The position numbers and the translations under genes are program-made. Shown here piece by piece: positions 7,601-14,592 of a DNA stretch of 40,677 nucleotides; positions within the stretch are counted from its first letter, which is position 1, and each line of letters begins with the position of its first letter. The notes under the pieces are model-generated. The model was not told the origin of the DNA. It was given only the letters and a program-made list of their open reading frames with translations, and made no database searches. The stretch is from contig JAPHTU010000168.1 of NCBI GenBank assembly GCA_026196145.1, positions 1 through 40,677 on the forward strand. The letters are read 5' to 3'. This stretch comes from Gammaproteobacteria bacterium. GTDB lineage: Bacteria; Pseudomonadota; Gammaproteobacteria; JAJDYQ01.

Positions 7601-8960
7601 GATAAATATTCTCAATAACAACAATGGCATCATCTACCAGAATGCCGATCGAGAAAATCAACGCAAACAGACTCACCCGGTCGATAGTAAAATCTCCCAA
7701 CCAGGCGGCAAAAACTGTCATCAACAGAACTACCGGGATCACCAGCGTGACAACGAATGCCGGTCTCCACCCCAGGAAAAACCAGACCAGTAACGTCACA
7801 GCGCCGGTTGCTATAAACAGCTTGAGAATCAGCGCATTAACCTTGTTCCTGGCCGTTTCCCCGTAATTTCGGGTGACCTCAACATGCATATCCGGGGTGA
7901 TCAGGCCAATGTCCGGGCTTTTCAACGACTCGATTTTCTGCAGAATATCCTCGGCGACCGTGACACCATTACTGCCAATCTTTTTTGCAATGGCGATGGT
8001 CACTGCGGGCATGCCATGAGCCGCAGCATTTTCGTTTTCCAGACCGCTGTAATAGGTCACCATGCTTTTCGGCTCTTCGGGTGATTCCTTCACATCCGCC
8101 ACATCACGAACATAAACAGGCGCATCATTACGCGTGGCAATCATCAGGTTGGCAACATCACTCGCCGTCCTGAGAAATGATCCCGTATAAACCGTAAAAT
8201 GCCTGCCCGAAGATTCGGTACTACCGGCCTTTTGTTCGCTGTTTGCAGTCCGTATGGTATGCGCAACCTGATCCAGGCTGACGTTATAACCTGACAGGCG
8301 CTCGGGTCGAACCTCTACACGTATCTGCTCTCGCAGACCACCGACAACAAAACCGGGACCGGTATTGGGGATTTCTTTCAGGCGTTGCAGGACATCATTG
8401 GCAACGGTGCGTAACTGACCCTGATCCATGTTCTCTGACCAGAGTGTCAGGGTCACTGCCGGCACATCATCAATACCCACGGGTTTTACCAGTGGTGGCA
8501 TCACGCCGGGCGGTATCTTGTCCAGATTGGACTGTATCTTGTCATGCACCTTGACGATTGAGGGCCCGAGCTCCTCACCAACGATAAAACGTACCGTCAC
8601 CATACCCTGGCCCCGTTCGGCCGCCGCATACACATGCTTGACGCCGGGGATCTCGCTCATAATCCGTTCCAGTGGTTCAATTGCCAGGCTGGATACTTCT
8701 GCCGATGTGGCGCCGGGATACTGCACATAGATATCAATCATCGGTACCGATATCTGGGGATCTTCCTGACGAGGGGTGAGTATCAGCCCCATAATGCCCA
8801 TGGCTAACATGGCAAAGAACAGTAACGGGGTGATAGGAGAATGAATAAAGGCCTGCGCCATACGACCGGCCAGCCCAAGGTCATCACCATCGGAGACGGC
8901 TTCACCTTGAATCGGGTATTTCCGATCGGTATCTTTTACACTTTTATTGTCGCTGGCCAT
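4647..8960 (-). CDS. RND permease (AcrB/AcrD/AcrF family) with a ~340-aa C-terminal extension
   Basis: TM4 ILVDDAIVVIENI, TM10 GIIVRNSILLVDF, and TM11 RTRPIIITAL. The core ends near aa 1093 of 1437. Confidence 0.95.
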   Translation of the reverse strand: MASDNKSVKDTDRKYPIQGEAVSDGDDLGLAGRMAQAFIHSPITPLLFFAMLAMGIMGLILTPRQEDPQISVPMIDIYVQYPGATSAEVSSLAIEPLERIMSEIPGVKHVYAAAERGQGMVTVRFIVGEELGPSIVKVHDKIQSNLDKIPPGVMPPLVKPVGIDDVPAVTLTLWSENMDQGQLRTVANDVLQRLKEIPNTGPGFVVGGLREQIRVEVRPERLSGYNVSLDQVAHTIRTANSEQKAGSTESSGRHFTVYTGSFLRTASDVANLMIATRNDAPVYVRDVADVKESPEEPKSMVTYYSGLENENAAAHGMPAVTIAIAKKIGSNGVTVAEDILQKIESLKSPDIGLITPDMHVEVTRNYGETARNKVNALILKLFIATGAVTLLVWFFLGWRPAFVVTLVIPVVLLMTVFAAWLGDFTIDRVSLFALIFSIGILVDDAIVVIENIYRRWLAVGKTDTATAVDAVREVGNPTILATFTVVAALMPMAFVSGLMGPYMSPIPALGSVAMMLSLFAAFVFVPWLAMRIKPGMIALEKAEHDEERDNARVGKVIEKTLVPLIEDRRKGQIFLFGLIAVFFLVCSFFYIKWVPVKMLPFDNKPEFSVVINMPSGTAVPATANLTNRIAERLREEVPHVTALQTYVGTAKPFDFNGMVRHYYLRDKPWQAEIQVQLRDKNKRSESSHELAEQARALVNEMVADYNSLHPPENGKGAKTTVVEMPPGPPVLQTVVAEIYGPDADTRRNVARQLTAVFEQTEGMADVDNYLQDGYQVWRFEVDAEKAVRRGISVDTINRNLSMALGGSRLGDIKRGKQLEPTYIVLEIPLSERSDMSSLGDLPIPMPGGQGTIPLAELGRFVRAEQDPIIYHKDLRPVEYVVGDAVGRLGAPIYPMLKINDALQLEENRTVDGAYMSGTFMTTPEDTGHSAFEWGGEWTVTYETFRDMGLAFAVALIVIYILVVWEFGNFLVPAIIMAPIPLTMLGVIPGHALLGAEFTATSMIGFIALAGIIVRNSILLVDFAIHEVKDGKTNAEAVVEACRARTRPIIITALALVAGSFVILTDPIFQGMAISLLFGVLISSVLTLVVIPLGCITAGSNLCPDCELLSTDGGDEPSGGGFTGGWIEGTLAKASAIGAMSFYMLRALAIMAYMALTAAAKKSVKAYHVGRERFEAQARQIRQARAEKARVEKERAEKAVAIKKQQETVTEKIEVVSEQPKARKKSKKKRARKDASGSKRVAKKSAETKKIPAAEKPKPATSSKQKTTGVEAATRSPVNKPAPVKPKPDSSSKQETIGAVATKKPIVNKAAPVESKAGTSSKPDAIEAVVETKPVIEKPVPVVKKRVARKKQAKAASIPTARKRPAVRAKSGMTVNPPEPKTPKVNMDTPVSKSASSNGNGNGKTTAQPEAAPVKPPVPKVPARSRGNRRGIRLNPNI
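4938..5198 (-). repeat. Three tandem 87-bp (29-aa) degenerate repeats in the RND tail
   Basis: KPKPATSSKQKTTGVEAATRSPVNKPAPV / KPKPDSSSKQETIGAVATKKPIVNKAAPV / ESKAGTSSKPDAIEAVVETKPVIEKPVPV. Confidence 0.85.
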
Positions 8961-8988
8961 ATCAAACTATAAAAATTATCACGCACAA

Positions 8989-9016
8989 AGCTTCCGGCAT
9001 TTTCATGCCAGAAGCT
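8989..9016 (-). promoter_or_regulatory. Intra-operon stem-loop between the adaptor and permease genes
   Basis: Minus strand AGCTTCTGGCAT-GAAA-ATGCCGGAAGCT: a 12-bp stem with one G-U pair and a GAAA loop. A second hairpin, CCCGGG-N6-CCCGGG, lies at 9038-9055. Confidence 0.5.
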
Positions 9017-9064
9017 CCACTCCTGTTCCTCAATCGACCCGGGAACTAACCCGGGGCTTCCCCC

Positions 9065-10270
9065 TCAACGCCAGTCTTCAATAACCAGCGTGTCGTTTTT
9101 ATTCAGTCCGGATAAAACCGCAATATTCTCGCTATCCACCGGGGTACCCAGTCGCACGTAACGACGTTCCTTACGATTCTTCTCCGGGTTCCATACATAA
9201 ACCGCCGGCAGGCTGCCACGTTGACGGCTAATTACCGCTTTCGACGGTATGACAATATGCTCCTGCTGTTTGGAATCCGGCTCAGGCACAATCACTTCGG
9301 CGTACATACCTGGAGTCGCCGGGTCATTTTTCTTCAAATCTATTTTAACTGTTACGGTATGACGTTCACTATCTGCAACGGGATACTTCTGTGCAATACG
9401 ACCTTTGACAACGGTTTTAGCCGGGTCATCCAGGCGCACAGCCACATACTTTTTGTCCTGTATACCCGCCATCAAGCGCGATGGCACATCAACCTTCACC
9501 TGCAGATATTCCAGATTAGAGAAAAGCAGTAAATGTTGCCCCGGCTGTACGGTGTCCCCGATTTCAACCAGCTTGCGTGCTATCACACCATCAAAAGGCG
9601 CAACTGAACGCGTATCTCGTAATTTTGCAGACAGCTCATCCAGGCGAGATTGTGCCTGTGTAATCTGGGAGCGAGTCTGGTTTAGTTGTGTGCCCTGTGC
9701 ATACAGGTCGCTATAGCGCTGCACATCAGGATCGTAGTTGCTACCCATGCTGCCAAAATTCTGGGTAAACATTGAATCAAACAATGCCGGCATACCCATG
9801 CCCGGCATGCGATTGATATTCTTGGACTGTGGCGACCACAGTTCACGGTTGTATTGCACACCGGCATTACGGGCCGCCAGCCTTGCATTTTCCAGCATGG
9901 CAAATGCGGAACGCTGCTGTGCCAGCAGGTCATCATCATCGATGCGAATCAATTCAGCGCCCTGCTTGAACCATTCACCCTCAAAACCGGCAATATATTC
10001 AATACGTCCAGGCATCTGCGCGGCAAGCGTGACCTCCTGAAAAGGAATGACAGTGCCGCCCAATGTAGCAGCACCGCCAATCTTCATGGTTTTTACCGGA
10101 ACATGATTAGCCCGTGAAGCTGTTTCCTGTTGCTGAAGCTTGCCTTGATAACCGTATTTCTGCCCGGTTGTCTCGGCCTGGCTGTACTGCAGCAATCCAA
10201 TCAAAAGAATTGCCACGATCGCAGACAAGCCGGTTTTTATAGCCCCAGTTTTTATTATTAACTTCATCAA
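9065..10270 (-). CDS. RND periplasmic adaptor (membrane fusion protein); start may be ATG 10267
   Basis: N-terminal hydrophobic anchor, lipoyl half-motifs (LAAQMPGRIE and VAPFDGVIARKLVEIGDTVQPGQ), PGMYAEV, and C-terminal VLSGL. Confidence 0.92.
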   Translation of the reverse strand: MMKLIIKTGAIKTGLSAIVAILLIGLLQYSQAETTGQKYGYQGKLQQQETASRANHVPVKTMKIGGAATLGGTVIPFQEVTLAAQMPGRIEYIAGFEGEWFKQGAELIRIDDDDLLAQQRSAFAMLENARLAARNAGVQYNRELWSPQSKNINRMPGMGMPALFDSMFTQNFGSMGSNYDPDVQRYSDLYAQGTQLNQTRSQITQAQSRLDELSAKLRDTRSVAPFDGVIARKLVEIGDTVQPGQHLLLFSNLEYLQVKVDVPSRLMAGIQDKKYVAVRLDDPAKTVVKGRIAQKYPVADSERHTVTVKIDLKKNDPATPGMYAEVIVPEPDSKQQEHIVIPSKAVISRQRGSLPAVYVWNPEKNRKERRYVRLGTPVDSENIAVLSGLNKNDTLVIEDWR

Positions 10271-10298
10271 TAATCTAATCTCGTCCCATGCCTATAAA

Positions 10299-10700
10299 TT
10301 AGTCAGAAACCTGACCCATTGCGGCAAAGCTCTTGATAAAAGGACCGGCCATGCGCGGATCTTTTACCATTGCAGTGTAATCGCCTACATTAAACTTCAG
10401 TTTGCGCGTGGTGTACGCAGTACCCAGACCCATCATGCCGGGTGGCTTGCTGATCCATTTCCCCCAGTGATCTTCACTGGCACGCAAATCCCAGTTCAGT
10501 TCCTGACCGTCATATTCACCAGCGCTGACGGCTTTGCCATTCTCAATGGACAGGACACCACGAGGGCTATCTTCACCATCAATTCCATACCCGATAACAG
10601 AGTTAAAACTAATCTTTTCCAGCTCCTCAAACAGGCCCGGATCCGAGTTCCAGGCCTCTGCGAAAGATTGCATCCAGCCATCAGAAAAAAGTTGCGACAT
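10299..10700 (-). CDS. SCP2 sterol/lipid-binding domain protein
   Basis: LFSDGW..FAEAWN start, a strand-rich middle, and AYTTRKLKFNVGD, resembling the SCP2 A..xGKLKxxGD motif. Good RBS (AGGAGG). Confidence 0.75.
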   Translation of the reverse strand: MSQLFSDGWMQSFAEAWNSDPGLFEELEKISFNSVIGYGIDGEDSPRGVLSIENGKAVSAGEYDGQELNWDLRASEDHWGKWISKPPGMMGLGTAYTTRKLKFNVGDYTAMVKDPRMAGPFIKSFAAMGQVSD

Positions 10701-10718
10701 TGTATACCTCCTTAGGTA

Positions 10719-10749
10719 AAAATTTTGTCTTAAAAAGCGACAAAATTTT
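10719..10749. promoter_or_regulatory. Perfect 11-bp inverted repeat upstream of the SCP2 gene (candidate operator or RNA hairpin)
   Basis: AAAATTTTGTC-N9-GACAAAATTTT, 19-49 nt upstream of the start codon. Confidence 0.45.
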
Positions 10750-10853
10750 AAATCAAACAGGATTTTTAAGTGTCAAACCCTTTCTATGGGCGAATCACCG
10801 TGACGTATAACGGCTATAATCAAATAAAGGAATATTAGTATATTACTATTTCC

Positions 10854-12404
10854 TTAAATATCAAGCGGTTTTTCTTTTTCCCGCTCCTCTTCCGTTACTT
10901 TTTCCTGGTCTATTATTTCTTCTACATCAGCTGTTGCTGTGCTGCTGGTGACCTCATCCTGCCAACTACCATCAGGCTGGATATGCGAGTCATTCAGTTG
11001 CTTGATAAAAGTACCCGCACGAAAATAAATACTCGATAAACGCCGACGATTAAGATAGTGCCAGCCACTCGGCGAGCGCATGAACAGACTCCTGAATGGA
11101 CCGGTAGATTTCACAAAAGCCTTGTCCAGTGCATCGACATCAAATCCTTCCAGCTTGTGCTCATCAGACGTCGGTCTAAATCGTTGTTGCGCAAACCGTC
11201 TGAATCCGAAATGAAAGATAGCAAGGGTACCTACAACCAATGCAGCCAACAGCCCCTTTAGTATCATGCTGTCGAATATGGTCTGGACAAGCGCTGCCGG
11301 CGTGTATTGAAGGCCTGACCATTCGCCAGTAAACAAAAGCATAAAAAGCGCTGCTACACCCATTGTTATCAACACGGCAGCATCAGCGAACAATACAAAG
11401 CGGCGCCAGTCACTAATACGTTCCTTTAGTTCCGGTACTACGGATTCTTCGATATGGTGGCATTGGTGACGCAATGAGTCGGCAACCCGGTAGATTCGCT
11501 GCACCTCCACCAGTTCCAGACGCTCGTCGAGATCGGCCATGTCCTGCTCACGCCAGTCAATCAAACGCCTTGCGGCTTCCTCATTCTCGATATGTGTACA
11601 TGCCGTCTGGCTGAAGACGCGGTAAAAGCGCCCTGCTGTCAGGCCCTTCTGTGCCAGCGCCCTTTGCCATGCAGCGACAACATCTTCCAGATTATTCTCA
11701 TCTGCCGTGACATCAATCTGGTTGAGGATGTAGATAAACTTGGTTGCATCATGGCGGGCAATTGCCTTTTCAACCAGATGTTCAAGCGTATCGCGGATAG
11801 CGCCGGGTTCTGGTCGGTGGGCATCAAAGAACACCATCACCAGATCAGCGCGGTCAATAATCCTGTCCGCTATCCTCAGCGTTGCCGTGCGCTGCTCATC
11901 GGCATCAAACCCGGGTGAGTCAACCAGTATCTTGCCCTTTAGCTTCTCGCATGGACAGGTCTTGATCTGCAAGTAACTATCCAGCTTGCGACCCTCACCC
12001 TTGGCGACCCCTTCAATCTCCTTACCAACGGAATAAAAGGGAAAACGCGGGTCAGCGTCCAGCGCCGTACCAGGCAGGGTTTTTGAGTGGCCATCTCCGG
12101 CGTAGCAGATGACAGAAAACTTGTCGTCCACCGCCTGATGCCCTGTACGCTGCAGGGAGAATTCAAGGTAATCGTTAATGAAAGTCGATTTGCCCGCAGA
12201 AAATGTGCCTAGCACCGCAATCAATGGCCACCAGGACACCCGATCTGCGTATGACTGGCTGCGTGATAGTAAACCCATACGATAGGCAACCTGGTCCAGC
12301 TGCTGGTATTCATCGACCAGCTCTGCCAGACGTGGCTGCTCTCCCCTCAGGTAGGACTGAAGCTCATGTAAATGTTGAGCCAACTGTTCGGCAGTCTGAT
12401 CCAC
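10854..12404 (-). CDS. Dynamin-superfamily, EHD-like membrane NTPase with two TM segments
   Basis: G1 GTFSAGKST, G3 DSPG, FFDAH, G4-position NQID, and two hydrophobic helices at about aa 337-400. GTG start preceded by GAGGAG. Confidence 0.85.
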   Translation of the reverse strand: MDQTAEQLAQHLHELQSYLRGEQPRLAELVDEYQQLDQVAYRMGLLSRSQSYADRVSWWPLIAVLGTFSAGKSTFINDYLEFSLQRTGHQAVDDKFSVICYAGDGHSKTLPGTALDADPRFPFYSVGKEIEGVAKGEGRKLDSYLQIKTCPCEKLKGKILVDSPGFDADEQRTATLRIADRIIDRADLVMVFFDAHRPEPGAIRDTLEHLVEKAIARHDATKFIYILNQIDVTADENNLEDVVAAWQRALAQKGLTAGRFYRVFSQTACTHIENEEAARRLIDWREQDMADLDERLELVEVQRIYRVADSLRHQCHHIEESVVPELKERISDWRRFVLFADAAVLITMGVAALFMLLFTGEWSGLQYTPAALVQTIFDSMILKGLLAALVVGTLAIFHFGFRRFAQQRFRPTSDEHKLEGFDVDALDKAFVKSTGPFRSLFMRSPSGWHYLNRRRLSSIYFRAGTFIKQLNDSHIQPDGSWQDEVTSSTATADVEEIIDQEKVTEEEREKEKPLDI

Positions 12405-12791
12405 GCTTACTCCTCAATAATTGTTGCCAAGCATAGCGATAAAAAAAGCCCCTCTACAGGAGCCTGGTCAATTTCATGCTGATTAGCCGGGCAGAACCAA
12501 CAATGCCTTGCGAAAAAGGGCGACAGGAACTGGATTGCAGCTTGCGTAGTCCATATAGCACCCCGGTTAAATCCGAAGAAAGTTTAACCGGGTACCTCGT
12601 GACATGCAAAGCAATAGCGTGATTCGGCACTACCACCAGAAACGCCGCAAAACGCCATATCGGCAATGCCTGTTGTCCTTTACCTCCAAGCAATATAAAA
12701 ATGACCTCAATCAATATATTATGTGCGGTTATATGGCAGCCTTGACGGCCTAATAATAATCAACTATTCCCCGACATATAGCAGGTACACG

Positions 12792-13262
12792 ATGCAAGCC
12801 TCAGACGTAATGGATCCAAACCCGGTTACTCTCAAGCCAAGCGACAAGATTGAGGATGCAGCAAAATATATTATGAAAAGCCGCTATCGCAGCCTGGCCG
12901 TCGTGGATGAAGACAACTGTTACCTGGGTATGTTCGGTGTGAATTGCCTGCTGAAACAGGTCATCCCCAAGGCAGTCTTTTTGCCCAACGGGCTGGAGAA
13001 CGTCAGCTTTATCCATGAATCACTCGAAGAACTATACGACCGCTTTTGCGAGGTGAAGGATCAACCAATATCCATGTGCATGAATCGTGATATTAAGGCC
13101 ATCTCGCTGGATACCGGGCTGACAGAAACCATGCTGCAACTTTATGAAACACGCGCCAGCATTCCGGTCATAGAGGACGGTACCTGCAAGTTACTGGGTA
13201 TGATTTCCTACTGGGATATCGGCAGCAAAATCCTTTCTGTCGGTGAATCTGCAGATGCATGA
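12792..13262 (+). CDS. CBS-pair domain protein
   Basis: ASDVMDPNPVTLKP, SLAVVDE..YLG and IPVIE..KLLGMIS. ATG 12792 is preferred over 12723. Confidence 0.88.
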   Translation: MQASDVMDPNPVTLKPSDKIEDAAKYIMKSRYRSLAVVDEDNCYLGMFGVNCLLKQVIPKAVFLPNGLENVSFIHESLEELYDRFCEVKDQPISMCMNRDIKAISLDTGLTETMLQLYETRASIPVIEDGTCKLLGMISYWDIGSKILSVGESADA

Positions 13263-14592
13263 CCCACAGCAGGCCGAGATTATTTTTGGCCTGTCTCCCC
13301 TCTGGTTTGCAGGCAGTTTGTTTGTTATCACCTATTTACTAATTGTCACTGAACGTCTGAATCGCGCTGTCATTGCCCTGACGGCAGCATCATTAATGGT
13401 ATTCAGTGGGGTACTTACCCAACAAGCAGCAGTGCAAGGTATTGATTTTAATACCATAGGTCTACTCACCGGCATGATGATCATCGTCGGTATCACACGC
13501 GATTCAGGCGTATTTCAATACCTGGCCATTAAATCCGCTAAAATAGTCAAGGCAGACCCCTGGGGAATCCTGGTCATGTTGATGCTGGTAACAGCACTCC
13601 TGTCCGCATTACTGGACAACGTCACCACGGTATTGCTGATTGCACCGGTCACCCTGTTGATCACCGATACACTGAAGCTCAACGCCTACCCTTACCTGTT
13701 TGCAGAAATATTTGCCTCAAACATCGGCGGTACGGCCACCCTGATCGGTGACCCTCCCAATATTATGATCGGTTCGGCTACCGGCCTTGGTTACAATGAC
13801 TTTCTTTTTAATCTCGCCCCCATCGCACTGTTTATACTCGCCATCACCATCGTCCCAATCTACCTGATCTGGGGACGGCATCTGTCCGCAGCGCCTGAAC
13901 TGATTGACAAGGTCATGCAGTATCGGGAAATAGACGCCATCAAGGACTGGCTATTATTGAAAAAATCCCTGTTTGTACTGGCACTGGTCATGCTGGGTTT
14001 TATAGTCGGGCACGATCACGGGTTACAACCAGCTACCGTCGCCATGTTCGGGGCTGCACTATTACTTACCCTGAACTGTCTGCCCCATGAACAGGAAAAA
14101 CAGACTGAAATGGTTACCAAATCTCTATGCGAGGTGGAATGGATTACGATCTTCTTTTTTATCGGCCTGTTTATCCTGGTATATGGAGTCGAGACCACCG
14201 GTCTGCTGGAGATACTGGCGCACAATGTACTTGAGATCACACAGGGTGATAAGGCAGTAACGGCAATATCAATTTTATTTGTCTCGGCGATCGCCTCTGC
14301 CATCATCGACAATATCCCCTTTGTCGCCACCATGATCCCGTTGATTAAAAACATGGCGGCAAGTTTTGGCGGAACAGAGGAATTATTACCCATCTGGTGG
14401 TCGCTGGCCCTGGGTGCCTGCCTGGGGGGTAATGGCAGTCTCATAGGTGCAAGCGCCAACCTGATTGTAGCGGGATTTGCCGAACGCTCGGGGCAGCCAA
14501 TCCGCTTTCTTCCCTTTATGCTGCTGGCCTTTCCGTTGATGCTGGCATCAGTCTTTATCAGCAGCCTGTATGTTTATTTTCGCTATTTCTGA
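13255..14592 (+). CDS. ArsB/NhaD (ion transporter superfamily, P-protein-like) permease
   Basis: LDNVTTV, ASNIGGTATLIGDPPNIMI, IDNIP and GGNGSLIGASAN motifs with many TM helices. The start overlaps the CBS gene stop. Confidence 0.9.
   Translation: MHDPQQAEIIFGLSPLWFAGSLFVITYLLIVTERLNRAVIALTAASLMVFSGVLTQQAAVQGIDFNTIGLLTGMMIIVGITRDSGVFQYLAIKSAKIVKADPWGILVMLMLVTALLSALLDNVTTVLLIAPVTLLITDTLKLNAYPYLFAEIFASNIGGTATLIGDPPNIMIGSATGLGYNDFLFNLAPIALFILAITIVPIYLIWGRHLSAAPELIDKVMQYREIDAIKDWLLLKKSLFVLALVMLGFIVGHDHGLQPATVAMFGAALLLTLNCLPHEQEKQTEMVTKSLCEVEWITIFFFIGLFILVYGVETTGLLEILAHNVLEITQGDKAVTAISILFVSAIASAIIDNIPFVATMIPLIKNMAASFGGTEELLPIWWSLALGACLGGNGSLIGASANLIVAGFAERSGQPIRFLPFMLLAFPLMLASVFISSLYVYFRYF

Noticed and set aside
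5991-8730. Several long plus-strand ORFs (e.g. 6978-7793)
   Set aside because: Entirely antisense to the well-supported RND gene, with no recognisable motifs.
988-12404. Magnetosome-type island (TPR protein, positioning ATPase, membrane proteins)
   Set aside because: No MamK actin, CDF transporters, PDZ proteases or CxxCH magnetochrome motifs.
10854-12404. Dynamin-like anti-phage defence gene
   Set aside because: No defence or mobile genes nearby and it is co-oriented with a transport cluster; not excluded, but unsupported.
12454-12714. 86-aa minus-strand ORF
   Set aside because: No motif, non-ATG start, and it occupies the divergent promoter region.
13255-14592. Arsenic resistance operon
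   Set aside because: The motifs indicate the broad ArsB/NhaD superfamily only; there is no arsC/arsA/arsD and the ArsR fragment is 13 kb away.
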